Source: Mobula hypostoma (Eukaryota). Taken from it: DNA of 64,000 nt. Shown here piece by piece: positions 36,830-50,620 of the stretch; the stretch's first letter is position 1; each line of letters starts with the position of its first letter. The position numbers and the translations under genes are program-made. The stretch lies in assembly GCF_963921235.1 (NCBI RefSeq), contig NC_086097.1, positions 160,148,001-160,212,000 on the forward strand. Reading direction: 5' to 3'. The notes beneath the pieces are model-generated. The model did no database searches. It worked only from the letters and a program-made list of their open reading frames with translations, and was not told where the DNA came from.

Positions 36830-37810
36830 TCTCCAGTTATTCATCCCTCCCCACCCTTCTCTCCCTATCCCCAGGCACATTCCCCTACAACTGTAAGAGG
36901 AGCATCACCCATCTTTATACTTCCTCTCTCCCTAACATCTGGGGACCTAATCAGCCCCTCCAGGTTAGACAGAGATTCACATGCACCTCCTCTACCTTAT
37001 CTACTGTATTCTCTGTTCCCGATGTGAACCTTCTATATCATCAAGACCAAGTGCAGACTGTGTCCAGTTTGCCGAGCACCTGTATTCTGGCAGCAAAGGG
37101 CATCTTGAGCTCCCAGTCACAAGCCGTGTACCAACTCCCCTCCACATTCCCAAACTACCTATCTCTCTTTGGCCTCAGCCCCTGGAGATGAGGCTAAATG
37201 CAAACTACAGGAACAGCATGTCATATTCTGCTTGGTCAGTCTACAAGCTGATGGCATGCAGAATGAATTCTCGAGTTTCATCTAGCCCACACCCACTCTA
37301 TTCCTTTCCCTTTCCTTTTGGTCTTCCCAAGTCCTGTCACGCATATGTCTTTCCAAACTCATCCCCCATTCCCATGACACCCTGTTCCATGCCCCTCCTC
37401 CACCTTGTTGCCCCTGCCCATCACCTACACACACAACCCACTCGGTCTCCTAGCACCTCCCCCTCCTGCTCCTATGTGCACACCCCACCTCCCTTATTTG
37501 CTTCCACTCATCGTCTTCCTTTCTGACCAGATCCCTTTGTTGCCTCTGCCAAACAGCTCATAGCCTCTGTCACTGTCTCCACCCCTCCCTCCTTCACCTG
37601 GCTCCATCTGCCCATCAAACCCTCTTCATCTGGAGCCTCCTCACATCAGTTAGCTCCTTCCCTACAACTCCGCCTCAGAAAGCAGGTTATCTCCCTTTTA
37701 CGTTTTCACTCAACATGCAGGGTCTTGACCCAAAACACCAGTCCTCTCTCTGCTGGCATTGATGCTGCTTGACTAGCTGAGATCCTCCAGCAGCTTATTT
37801 TTTGCAGTTA
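36830..37810 (+). mobile_element. Degenerate Penelope-like 3' fragment
   Basis: QVRQRFTCTS, LIYCILCSRC, FAEHL GIY-YIG remnants, pyrimidine-rich tract and PLE terminus. Confidence 0.7.
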
Positions 37811-39104
37811 TCCCCTATTGCCAGCAATAAATAATTGCTGCAATATCAGCCATCGATTATGTTCTCCTCCACTCATTCATTTATGCCAAGATCAATGGAA
37901 ATGAATTTGCCTCCAAATGACTACAGATATCTTGGAATGCATTTAGCACTTGCAACAAGTTAGACCAAACAATGTTCTGAACCACAGTGTCAACTTGTAT
38001 CTCCATTCTCTCAAAGAAACTAAAATGGATAACAGGATTAATCTTTGAAAACCCAATGAAGGGCCTCAGCCCAAAATGCTGGCTCTTTGTTCCTTTACAT
38101 AGCTGCTGAGTTCCTCTAGGTTTTTGTGTATCTTGATCTTAGAAGAGGGTTTAATGCCCAATAGACTCATATAACTGTTTTAAGTGGCTCCCGAAGGCTT
38201 GGATTAGAATTTAGGGAATAATATATTTTACTTTATGTGAATAGATTTTCTTTAGTGTGCATACAAGAATTCAGTACCAGTCTACCTGTAACAAATGATT
38301 GACTAAAGCCCAGTAAAGTACACCATAGTTTTGTTTTCAGATACAATCACTATAAGGTGCCTTACCAAGCATTAAAATTTCAACAAATGATTTGATTGGC
38401 ATAGAATTTGATTGACTATCAGTCAATGCAGTGCAGGTGGTAAACAGAATAGCAGAAAGACTGCACCCAAGTTCAAGTGTATTGTCATGAGCATACATAC
38501 CCAGGGTAGAAATGTAATGAAAATTGGCCATACAATAACAACATTACAAACATGACAAATATAAATTGCATAAACTTCAAAAAAATGTGTATTATAGCTT
38601 ACAGAATAAAATACATAAAAAGTAGGATAGAAAGATCAATACAATTTGAGAGAAATCCGGTCCAAGATACAATTAAAGTTAGTTCTTACCAAAGCTAGTG
38701 GACAAGACTGCTACATTTTGCTCTGCAACAAAAGCCAACATATCTTTTGCCTCCCCAGTATTATGTGTCTTCACTTACTGCAGCTCATGAGCCAGCATAC
38801 TTAAGTAATTGTCATTCGTACTTTGATTTTTTAAGTAATTGTTTTGTGACTGGCAGTGAATCAAAGACTAATGACAGTGGCGATTGAAAATCTTGAGTTT
38901 GTGTTCATATGTAGATATGAAACAGAAAAGATACAGGCCATGAGAGATCCTGGGTTTTCATCCAGATTTCAGTAAGATTGTGACTGATCCTTAGTCTCAG
39001 TTATAATCCTGCCCTCTTCCCTTGCTCTACTTACATTTGAAATGAAAATCTATCAATTTCAGCCAAGAATGAACTCAGTGACTGAGCATTCGCAGCCCTT
39101 TTTA

Positions 39105-40500
39105 AAAAATCAGAATCAGGTTTATTTTCCTTGAAATGTGTTATGAATTTTATTGGTTTGCAGCAGCTGTACAGTGTAAGACACAAAAATTACAAAATAA
39201 ATAAATAGTGCAAATGATAAATAATGAGGTAGTGTTCACAGGTTCATAGACCATTCAGAAGTCTAATAGACCAGGGGAAGGAGCTGTACTTAAAACATTG
39301 AGTGGGCCTTCAGGTTCCAGTATCTCCTCCCTGATGGTAGTAAGAGAAAGAAGGCATGTCCTGGATGATGATGGTCGTTAATGATGGCTGCCACCTTCCT
39401 GAGGCACCAGCTCTTGAAGATGTCCTTGTTGGCTGGGATAGTTGTGCCTATGATAGAGCCATCTGAGTCAGCAAACTTCTGCAGCCTCTTGTATTCCTAT
39501 GCATTAGAGGTTCCATACAGACAGCGATGCAAGCAGAATGCTCCCCATTGAACATCTGTGGAAATTTGCAAGAGCTTTGATGATGTACCAAATGTTCATA
39601 CCCTCCTAATGAAGTAGAACCGCTGCCATCAATGTGTTGATCCCAGTATAAATCCTTTGAGATGTTGATGCCCAGGAACCAGATGCTGCCAAGTGCTCAA
39701 GTGAAATTACACTCCTGACCACTTAATAAGGGCCGTTGTGTGTTCACCCAACCTCCCATTCCTGAAATCCACAAGGAATTATTTAATTCCTTGATTACTT
39801 GGTTCAGTGCAAGGTTGTTGATGTGACACAACTCAACCCAGCCAATAGTGTCTACCTCCTGAGATTCTGCAAACAACAATGGTGTCTTTGGCAAATTTGT
39901 AGATGGCATTTGAGCTATACCTAGCCACACAGTTATGAGTGTAGAGAGAGTAGAGCAATAAGATAAGCATGCATCCTTGAGGTGCACCTGTGTTGGTTGT
40001 CAGTGAGGAGGAAATGTTGTTACCAATCCACACGGACTATAACTTTCTGATAAGGAAATTGAGGATCCAGTTGCAGAGGGTGGTACAGAGGCTCAGTTTT
40101 TGAAGCTTGTTGTTTAGTAGTGAGACGATGATGATGTTGAATGCCAAACTGTAATCAATAAACAGCAGGCTGATGTAGGCGTTGCTGGTGTCCAGGTGGT
40201 CCAAGTCTAAACGTAGACCCAGTGCTGACCTGTTCTGACCTGCTGTGGTAGTAGGCAAATTGCAGCAGGTTTAGGTCCTTTCTTAAGCAAGAGTTAATTT
40301 TAGCCAGGACCAACTTACTTTATTACAGTAGGTGTGAGTGTGACCAGTGAAATTCATTGAGGCAGCCTGTCCTACTCTTCTTGGGGACCAGTATGGTTGA
40401 TGGTCTTTTGAAGCAAGTGGAAACCTCCAATTTCAGCAGTGAGTGGAGACATCCGTGAATACTTGGGCCAGGTGGTTGGCACAGATTTTCAGTACCCTGA
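39105..40500 (-). mobile_element. Rex1/Babar-like LINE fragment
   Basis: LLFIDYSLAFNII, LCNWILNFL, TNTGAPQGCML…LYSLYTHNC, KFAKDTIVV; (ATTCTG)n tail. Confidence 0.85.
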
Positions 40501-40999
40501 TGCCTTGCGAAGTCACAAAGTATTCACACAACATTGCACAGGGTCTGCATCTCACCACTAAAATCAGCAATGTCCTATCATTTAATATTATGTCTGCTGC
40601 TTCATGATAGAGGAAATCACCTGCAAAGACCAAATCCATTCCTTCCAAGATCTTCTCAAAGAAATCATAAGCCATGTAAGAAAACTCCAGCAAGTACAGG
40701 TCAATCTTATTTGACCTTTCTTCATTGGAAATCAAATAATCACTTCATCCAATAATCAGTTTTGAGGATCCATGCTCCATTGACTCCAAGGCAAATATAT
40801 CCTTTTTTAGGTATAGAACAAAAACATCATATAATGTTCAGTATGAGGTCTCACCAAAACCCAATATACCGACAGCAAAATTTTGTTACTTATCCCCTGC
40901 AACAAGGGCAAACATATCGTTTGCCTCTCCAAGTGCTCACTCACCAGTTCACTTCTACTCAGCTCATGAGCTAGGGCACCAGGCCACTCTGCACAGCAG

Positions 41000-41815
41000 C
41001 CATAATTTGGCAAGACCAGCATTTATTGCTTTTCCCCACATGCTCTTGAATAGGCAATGGCAAGTCAGTTTCTTGCAGTCCATTGAAGGTACTGTCACAA
41101 GCCTCTGGGTAGGGTATTCCTTTATTTAAAAAGAGCAATAATAAAGGATAGGTGTAATATTTTCAAGTCAGGAAAATTATTTACTGCTGGTGGTGCTCAA
41201 AGCATATGCTGCCATTGTCTTTGATAGTGGAAGGGCTTCCATGTTAGAAAAGTGCTTCTGAAGTCGAGTAGGTAAAGTTAATAAAGTGACTTTTTTTCGA
41301 TCGTGCAAACTGAAGCTGACGTGCAATGCTAATGGAAGTAACAAATGTTTGGAGTCGTGAATGGGATAGCAGTCAAGTACATTATTTTGTCCCAGATGGT
41401 GTCAAGCTTTTTAAGCATCAGTAGAGCTGTGCTCATCCAGTCAAGTGAAGAGTATTCAGTTATGTTCCTGACTTGTAGATGGTGGAAAGGATTTGAGACA
41501 GCAGTAGGTGAGTCACTTCCAAACCACAGTAGTTAATGTGGGTGGTACAGTTGAGTTTCAAATTACTGGTGATACAGAGGACATTGATGACGGGTGACTC
41601 AACAGTGGTAATGTCAATGAATTTCAAGAGTAGGTGCTAAGACTATCTCCAGATGGAAATGGTCATTGCCTGACACTTTGTTACATGAATGCCGTTTGCC
41701 AACAGAAGCTCATGCCTGAATGCTGTTTATATCTTTCTGCAATAAGCTCAGAGCACTTGTCAGAGAACTGTAAATAGAACTGAACATTGTACATTTATTA
41801 GCAAACCTCGCAATG
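41000..41815 (-). mobile_element. Old remnant of the same LINE family as 16609-19920
   Basis: ccagcatttattgc tail and ttgtagatggtgga…ggtgagtcac, atggtcattgcctg segments match 16650-18190. Confidence 0.6.
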
Positions 41816-42797
41816 GAGTTCCAATCAAGATGTCACCAATAAAAGATTCATCGGACAATATCTTCCATATAGCCAATCCTTTAAATTGTTTCACTTTTTC
41901 TACCCCTTCTACTTGCTCTTTTACTTTATTGTGTTTTGGACACTGTTGAAACCTGTGACATGCAGTTTGGAGCTTGATCGAGTGATCTGGCGCTCTGCTG
42001 TCTCCAGAGAGGTCCGAGAGCTACCATGAGCCATGAGCAACTATGTACACTTCAAAGCATCAAAGGAGATTGAAGCATCGAGGTGAATGCGGAGGAGGTC
42101 AACAGTCCTTCCCCATGGAGGCCACAGGTCAACAGATTGGTAGCCTGGGTGCCAGTGTCGGAAGTGGCGGTGGGAAGGTCGCAGGTCTGTGGCCAGGTGG
42201 TCACTTTATGCAGAAGGACTGAATTCGGTTCTGGCGGGAGGATGATTTCAAAATTCTAAGATTTACATGATTATTGGAGTGGAGTTTATATTGTTCTCCT
42301 GCAATTTTCTTTCTTGGTGCCAACTGGCAGATTGGGGACCCAAGTGTTTGGGTGTGAGGGAGGTGTTGGGGACTTAGGGTATGATGTTCTTGGTTTTTCT
42401 GTGTGGGTGATCTGTTAGTTTTTCATGTGTGGGAAAGGGGGTTGGCAATATGGTGCTGTTGGCACTGTTCTTTTTTGTGGGGGAGGGGTGTTGGTGGTTT
42501 GATGTTGTTGTCACTGTGTTTTGTGAAGGAGAGGTTGGGAGTTTGAGATTCTTGATGTTCTGTCTGCTATCTTCCAAGTGAAGGATCTGTTAGTTTTTTT
42601 TATTTGAGGGAGGGAATGGAGGGCATGGGGTTGCCACTTTTGTTTCTTTTCCCTTTTCATGTGGGGAGGGGGTTGATGTCTTTTCTTTCAACGACTCCCA
42701 AGGAATTTCTGTATTTTGTAGATACCTGGAGAAGATGAATATCAGAGTTGTATAGTACATGCATACTTTGACAATAAAATGAAGCTTTCAATCTTTT
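41816..42797 (+). mobile_element. Non-autonomous retroelement with Rex-like 3' tail
   Basis: Begins ggagttccaatcaagatg…; GT-rich interior; ends catgcatactttgacaataaaatgaagctttcaatcttt. Confidence 0.45.
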
Positions 42798-42869
42798 CTG
42801 TTTTTATGTACATCTGATATAATAGTTGATAAAGAAATGGTCAATTTTTACCTTGCTGTATATTACACT

Positions 42870-44155
42870 AAGACATTGGAGGGACATGACGATTTAGTTC
42901 AAAGTCAGCATGGTTTCCTTAAGGGAAGATCTTGCCTGACAAATATGTTGGAATTTGTTGAAGAAATACTAAGCAGGAAAAGACAAAGGAAAATCACGGA
43001 ATATTGTGTACTTGGATTTTCAGAAGGCTTTTGACAAGATGCCACACATGAGGCTGCTTAACATGTTAAGAGCCCTTGGTATTACAGGAAAGATATTAGC
43101 ATGGTTAGAGCATTAGGAGTTAGGCAGGACGCAAAGAATGGGAATAAAGAAATCATTTTTGGATTGGCTGCTACCGATTGGTGGTGTTCCACAGGGGTCA
43201 GTGTTGGGACCGCTTCTTTTTATGTTGTGTATCAACAATTTGGTTGATGAAATTGATGGCTTTGTGGCCAAGTTTGCAGATGATATGAAGACAGGTGGTG
43301 GGGCAGGTAGGGTTGAAGTAGTGCAGAGGCTGCAGGAGGGTGTAGTCAGATTAGGAGAATGGGCAAAGAGGTGGCAGATGGATTACAGTGTCAGGAAGTG
43401 TAGGTACAGTTTGATGGAAGGCATAAAAGCATACACTATTTTCTAAATGGAGAGAAAAGTCAGAACTCTGAGGTCCTTGTGCAGGATTCCCTAAAGGTTA
43501 ATTTGCTGGTTGAGTTGGTGAATTCAATTTTGCTGGAGGGCGAATGCGAAGTTAGTATTTATTTCAAGAGATTTTGCATAGAGAAGCAAAGATGTAATGC
43601 TGAGGCTGCATAAGGCGTTAGTGAGACCACACCTGGAGTATTGTAAACAGTTATGGGCCCCTTCTTGGAGTCAATGGAGAGGGTTCAAAGGAGGTTCTCC
43701 AAAATGATACTGGAATGAGAAACTTAACATGAGCAGTGATTGAAGGATCTGAGCCTGTACTCACTGGAATTTAGAAGAATAAGGGGTTATATTATCGAAA
43801 CCTATCAAATGTTGAAGGGTCTAGATATTGGATGGGAAGAGGATGTTTCCTTTGGTGGGGCTGAGGAACACAGGCTCAAAATAGAGAGATGTCCATTTAG
43901 AACAGAGATGTGACAGAATTTCTTTAGCCAAAGGGTGGTGATTTTGTGGGATTAATCGCCACAGGTGGCAGTGAATGTTCAGTCACTGGGTGTATTTAAG
44001 GCAAAGGTTGATAGATTCTTGATTAGTCAGGACATTAAAGGTTTCAGGGAGAATAAGGTTGAGGGGGAAATGGATCAGCCATGATGAAATGTTGGAGCAG
44101 ACTCAATGAGCCAAGTGGCCTAATTCTGCTCCTATGTCTTATGATTTTATGATTT
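42870..44155 (+). mobile_element. CR1 LINE RT-to-3' fragment, older
   Basis: SQHGFLKGRSCLTN, GGVPQGSVLGP, KFADD; TTATGA tail. Confidence 0.9.
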
Positions 44156-44312
44156 ATTAATACAGTAGATTCCAGTTCATTGCATCATCAGTTAATCGGG
44201 GAAGTCACTTCTTTGGGACAACATTTAAAGAGCAAAATCTAATTGACAAAATAGTTGGATTTCTTTCATTTATTTGGGACATAACGCTGCTTAATTAGGT
44301 CACGAGACTGTT

Positions 44313-44925
44313 ATAGAACATAGAACATAGAATAGTACAGCACAGTACAGGCCTTTCGGCCCACAATATTGTGCCGACTCTCAAACCCTGCCTCCCATAT
44401 AAGCCCCCACCTTAAATTCCTCCATATACCTGTCTAGTAGACTCTTAAACTTCACTAGTGTATCTGCCTCCACCACTGACTCAGGCAGTGCATTCCACAC
44501 ACCAACAACTCTCTGAGTAAAAAACCTTCCTCTAATATCTCCCTTGAACTTCCCACCCCTTACCTTAAAGCCATGTCCTCTTGTATTGAGCAGTGGTGCC
44601 TTGGGGAAGAGGCGCTGGCTATCCACTCTATCTATTCCTCTTATTATCTTGTACACCTCTATCATGTCTCTTCTCATCCTCCTTCTCTCCAAAGAGTAAA
44701 ACCCTAGCTCCCTTAATCTCTGATCATAATGCATACTCTCTAAACCAGGCAGCATCCTGGTAAATCTCCTCTGTACCCTTTCCAATGCTTCCACATCCTT
44801 CCTACAGTACTCCAAGTGTGGCCTAACCAGAGTTTTATAGAGCTGCATCATTACATCACGACTCTTAAACCCTATCCCTCGACTTGTGAAAGCTAACACC
44901 CCATAAGCTTTCTTAACTACCCTAT
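44313..44925 (-). mobile_element. Young CR1 LINE 3' fragment
   Basis: ORF 44381..44899; (TTCTATG)n tail; near-identical to 62055-62780. Confidence 0.93.
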
Positions 44926-45317
44926 AGTTTCTTAACTACCCTACGGTTTCTAACTAGCATCAGCCACATGCACTTGTGTGGCCATTAGATACTACAGAGT
45001 GCTTAGAGTGAACAATTTTTAAATAGAGACTGTTGCATGTGTTTGTGTTCAGAAAGCAGTGATTTCTGTCACTGATAATTACTGAGAAGCAGTAAGACAA
45101 TTCAGAGTGTTTTACTCACTGTAGTTTCAAGCATTGAGGCTTAGAGATGCCAGAAATGGCTGGGAGTAAAATTGAAATGATTCCACTACTTCAACAAGTG
45201 TAGAAATTGTGAAGAATTTAAAGGTACCGATCATTATCTTGAATGTTTCAATGAAAATGAAGATTTGGGCAGTATAAAGGCAGTCCATTAACTGCACCAG
45301 GTATCTGTCTTGATTTT

Positions 45318-45657
45318 GTATGGTGGTGTCTGAAAAGAGGATGCTGTCTAAGTTGCATGCCATCTTGGACAATGCCTCCCATCCACTACATAATGTACTG
45401 GGTGGGCACAGGAGTACATTCAGCCAGAGACTCATTCCACCGAGATGCAACACAGAGCGTCATAGGAAGTCATTCCTGCCTGTGGCCATCAAACTTTACA
45501 ACTCCTCCCTTGGAGGGTCAGACACCCTGAGTCAATAGGCTGTTCCTGGACTTATTTCCTGGCATAATTTACATATTACTATTTAATTATTTATGGTGCA
45601 ACTGTAACGAAAACCAATTTTCCCCGGGATGAATAAAGTATGACTATGACTATGACT
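45318..45657 (+). mobile_element. Rex1/Babar-like LINE 3' end
   Basis: ILDNASHPLH…PRCNTERHRKSFLPVAIKLYN; AATAAA followed by an (ATGACT)3 tail. Confidence 0.8.
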
Positions 45658-46094
45658 AAATTCAATCAAAACAACACTGCAGCTTAGACAGGATGAATTC
45701 CTCCATCAATAAATATTAGGAACTAATACATAGTTTTATGGTACTCTAGTAGCATTGAAAGTGCTCTAATTTATTGTGTACTTCATTTGAAAACATAATT
45801 TGTTACTCTGTTAAATGATAGTTTGTCTTTTTTATACCTTTTTTACTATTTCAAAGGAACTTTGGCTATTTGGAGCAGCTGCTTAATTGGGCCAAAATAT
45901 ACTGGTCCTGTTTTGTCCCAATGAACCGAAATCCACTGTATACATGATTCGTATACAGCAAATAATTTGGGAAAGATTTAATATAAGGTATGCATTAAAC
46001 CTTATTGGTTCAACACCTTGGTTTTAAAGTCGAAATAGTCAATGTTAGTTCAGTCCCATCATTCCATCTGGATCTTTAAAGATGAATGGCAGAG

Positions 46095-47010
46095 TCAACG
46101 TCAAATTATGGTCAAATTACATAGAGTATATGTTACCATATAGTACCTTGAAATTCATTGTCTTTCAGACATTTATAGGAAAATAAATAAATGCAATAGA
46201 ATTTATGAAAAAAATACTTAAACAAAGACTGATAAACAAGCAATGTACAAAAGAAGATGATAGTACAAATAAAAAAATAAATAATACTGAGAACTTGAGG
46301 TGTAGAGTCCTTGAAAGTGACTCTGTAAGTCGTGAAATCAGCTCAGAATTGTGGTTATCCACACTAGTTCAGGATCCTAAAGGTTGATAAACCTGGTGGA
46401 GTGGGACCTAAGACTCTCTGTACCTCCTGCCCAATAGTAGTAGCGAGAAGGGAATTTGGCCTGGATGGTGGGGGTCCATGATGATGGATGTTGCTTTTTT
46501 GTGGCAGTGCTCCATGTAAATGTGTTCAATGGCATGGAGGGCTTTGCATGTGATGGGTAGGGTTGTATCCAACACTTTCTGCAGACCTTTCCATTCCTGG
46601 GTATTGATGTTCCCATACCAGACTGTGATACAGTTAATTAGGATATTCTCCACTCTGCATCTATAGAAGTTTTTCAAACTTTTAAGTGATATTCCAAATC
46701 TAAGGAAACTTCTAATAAAGTAGAGGTGCTGTTGTACCTTCTTTTTGATGACACTTGTGCTGATCCCAGGATAAATTTTCTTACACAAACGTTTGTATGT
46801 AAATACCAAAGAATTTAAAGTTAAGGAAGGAATATAGGATTTGGTATAGCATAAGATACAACACAGGGTATTGTTACTGACCCACTCCACTTCCAATCCC
46901 CTAATGTGGACTAGCTCATGGACATCTGGTTTCTTCTTCTTGTAGTCAATAATCAGCTTTTTTGTCTTGCTATATTGAGTGACAGGTTGTTATTGTGGCA
47001 TTCTTCAACC
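46095..47010 (-). mobile_element. Rex1/Babar-like LINE 3' fragment
   Basis: KKVQQHLYFIR…NFYRCRVENILINCITVWYG…IIMDPHHPG…GRRYR. Confidence 0.85.
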
Positions 47011-47016
47011 ACATTC

Positions 47017-47254
47017 TGTGGTGTATTTAACATTTCAGTAGTATTGGAGTAATATTGTAAATATAGTGTTTGAGAAAGCATTCTTGTCCTTTAAATTATT
47101 CATTATAGATTATATGTATAAATACATAATTTGTATACATCATCACGCTACCATGTGATACGAGCACACCTCATTTAAAATCATCTTGAAGTATTTTTGA
47201 TTCCTGTGTCTTCCTTTGAATTAGTTTAACATTCTGATGTTACAAAACATAACA
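47017..47254. mobile_element. Probable short solo LTR
   Basis: TGTGGTGT…ACATAACA termini flanked by CATTC (47012-47016) and CATCC (47255-47259). Confidence 0.45.
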
Positions 47255-50119
47255 CATCCAGTTGTAAACAGCAAAAAAAAACAATTTACTTCAATATAAT
47301 ATAACCAATTTAACCTGTGTACCAGATATCTTTCCGACTGACATGGTTCTCATATTGGAAGAAGTGACCCATATCTTCAAAGGACAAAATCCGAGTTAAT
47401 TTGGTTACATGGAAGAAACTTGATATGTGTCAAATTATTGGTAACGATCTTGCTGTCTTGTTTTATATTCACCCTTTATAATTCCTGCTTGCTTTCTATT
47501 AGTTTATGTATGAGAGTTTTCAATTTCAAATATGGACTGGAGAAATTGGGTTTGTTCACCTGAGAACAAAGAAAATTGAGAGGAAATTTGAATATTCAAC
47601 AGGAAGATGTATAAAATTTCCAATCCTGAGAGCCGTTAGGAACTCATTTTTGTTATTACTTTGCTTGAGAAATCTTGTGTTTTTTGGTGGTTACAAAACT
47701 TTTAATCAATAAACCTTTTTTAAATTACTAAGTAACTCCAGACAACCTGCTTTATAATATTGTAATTGGTCCAGAATATGCTATCAATAGTGAACTGCTT
47801 GTGTTTTCTGCTGATTAATATTGTGAGACATGATCTCTCTTTTTCCTGATCAAAACATGTAAACCTCTTGCCCATACTTTTCCAATCTAAAGCGAAAGAC
47901 CTGTGCAATGCAAGTATTTTTTAGCAATAGTTACTGAATGGCTGTACAAAATTACAGAACAAAAATTTTTGGCTATTAAATCCGATAAGCATCTGGTTTT
48001 GTTGTAAAATGTCCAAATTGGAGAAGAATATCCGGAGTGGACAAAAATGTACACATTCCTGTTTTACATCTGACAGTGCTGTATTAAATATTTAGTTATG
48101 TATTCATCATTTCGCTGTTTCATGTTGTAAATAATGAAGCATTCAAATGAAATGCACAATAGGAATGATCATAATTTCTTTTTACAATTTCCTTTAGAGA
48201 CATGTATAATTAGAAAGATATGTACAGAACCAATCAAATACATTTGATATTTAACAGCGTGAAACTGTAAATAGTAGTTCCCATTCTTCACTGATCTGTA
48301 TCTTAGCATCAGAGCATTGCTCACAAGCACAGCATTTACAAGCACAGAAGCTTCTTTTTTCAGATCTACTTAAATAGTTATACATTGCAGTTCAAATCGG
48401 ATACATGAAAATGTTAAGTACATCTGTCCATGCAATAGAACACCAATAGTGCTGAATAGCACTTTGAATATCAATAGGATTGATAAAGTTTTCAATATGT
48501 GTAAGCAGCATATTCCACTCATGTACTGAGTTATTCACAATTCAATACTGTTATTTTCACTGGTACTTCAGCCATTACCATCTCCGAGACACAGTCTAAT
48601 ATTTTCTCTCTTTGTGCCGGTATCTCCACAATCTACATTTGTACTGCCTTTCAGTTTTCTAAGTTTCCTTGAAACTGGATATGTAGAATTAAAGGTTCAT
48701 AGATTAGTATAAATTTATAGAGCAGGAAGAGGCCATTCAACCTATTCTGTTTGTGCTAACCATAGATGAATATGTTAGCTAGTCTACTAACTGTTGGCTT
48801 CTAGTGAGGCCAGGTATTAATAATTTTAAAACTATCGCATCAATCTACCTTCAATCCACCAAATGCAGAGCTAACTGAAAAAAAAGAAAATGGATAAACA
48901 TGCATTCTGCTCCCAGGAGACAGGTTGGCAATTTCAATATGTTTATAAAGGTGGCAGTCTCTAATATTCTGTCTGTGCATGTTTCAAAATATACCATCTG
49001 GGATTTTCAGCCTTTAGAAAACCCAACATCTTAAGCAAGGTAAAGACAACCGCAGAAAGAAGCTTAAATTCTGTTAGCAATCAGGAAGATCAGGAGTACT
49101 TGTCCACAGGCTGAAAGGTGTCCCCCACACAATCCAGTATCCCAAGATAATAAAAACTAGGATTGATCAGCTCTATACTCAGGAATTAATCCTCATTAGA
49201 ATTTGTCTTCCACTTCTTCCAATTTTAAAAATCAATCCTCACCTTGGACCAGAGTACTGGACCCAACTAGGAGAGCAATCAGCAGAATATGGATAGGATT
49301 TCCTATTCATTCTATATGCATCAAAGTTCTCCTTGTTCAACTAGAAGCCAAGTATTTCAATCAGACTATCATTTGGGAAGGAACTTGTAAGTGAGAAAAG
49401 GTGAAGGATTCAGAAAGACCTAATGTTGGATGGGAAAAGTCAACCCAAAACTCAATCCTCACCCTAATTTCTGCCAATGTAATACAACATTGTTAATATC
49501 TAGGCACTTGTATTTCAAATTAACAGCAATTCATTGCAGATACAATATGCTTATACAAAATCTGTGTTTTTACTGTCAAAAGTATTCCTATAAATATAAT
49601 TGACATTTAATTAGTAATTTCTGTAAACTGATCTGCAGTATCTTGGCCACAGGGAAGGTTAAATTGAAATAATTAAAAGCTGCATTGTTACATTTTAGAA
49701 ATTCCATCAAATTGAATAATAAACCACTCCTAATACTGTGTCATAGGCACAAAATACACTTTGCTTTTTAAAAACTATATAAATACTTCACAAGATATGA
49801 TGTCATACAAAATCGAATGTCAAGCTACTTCAGCCGAATTGCAATTCACATTTTCCACCATAAAAGGGGTCCAGGCAATATTAGTTCTTAAAGCACAATT
49901 CTCAAATATGGCTGTCCACAGAATCTTGTTTCCATCTTACTCTTGCTGCATGTTCGAATGCAAGTCATGATATTAACCAACAGGTCTACAACAGATCTAC
50001 TAAGTGAACACTGATTTTGATCCCAACATTTGTCTCAATCTTACTTGCAATGAGCTTCCCATAGAAGAGCTTCAAGTGTTCAAAAATAATCGATTGGATA
50101 TAAGGATGGGGAAAACTGT

Positions 50120-50620
50120 TTCAACGAGAGTACTGCACACAATTCTGGTCACCACACTATAGGAAAGATGAGGGTGCAGAGGAAGTTAATCAGAATGTTT
50201 CCTGAAATCTAAAATTTCAGTTATGAGGAAATACCAAGATCAGTTTCCCCTGGAGCAGGGGAGATTCAGGGGGAACATGACTAAGGTATATTTATTTATG
50301 GGGAGTGTGGATTGGGTAGACTGCAGAAAAAAACTAAAATAGAGGACATAAATTTAGAATAAAGAGTAAGGGAATTAGGTTGTATCTGAGGGGAATAGTT
50401 GCACGCAGAGAGTGGTGAATATCTGGCTTGCACTGCTGGAAAAATTAGAGGTAGCAGAAGCATTGGCAGCATTTAAGAAGTGTTAGATAAGTATTTAATG
50501 CAACTCACCATAGAAGGCTACAGGCAAAGTGGCAGAAAACGAGATTAATCTGGACTGGTGCCTACTGGTCAGTATGAAGGTTTTAGGCTGAATGGCCTGT
50601 TTCTTTTTGATTCCATGACT
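50120..50620 (+). mobile_element. Degenerate CR1 3' fragment
   Basis: gagtactgcacacaattctggtcaccacactataggaaagat (EYCTQFWSPHYRKD)…ggctgaatggcctgtttct. Confidence 0.75.

Larger units (their letters stand above)
44163..45938 (+). mobile_element. pogo/Tigger-like non-autonomous DNA transposon with two nested LINE fragments
   Basis: TA|CAGTAGATTCCAGTT…AACCGAAATCCACTG|TA imperfect TIRs with TA TSD; subterminal TTGGGACA/TGTCCCAA motifs. Confidence 0.7.

Noticed and set aside
49243..49340. Candidate minus-strand exon (LNKENFDAYRMNRKSYPYSADCSPSWVQYSGP)
   Set aside because: Splice-like signals only; no recognisable homology.
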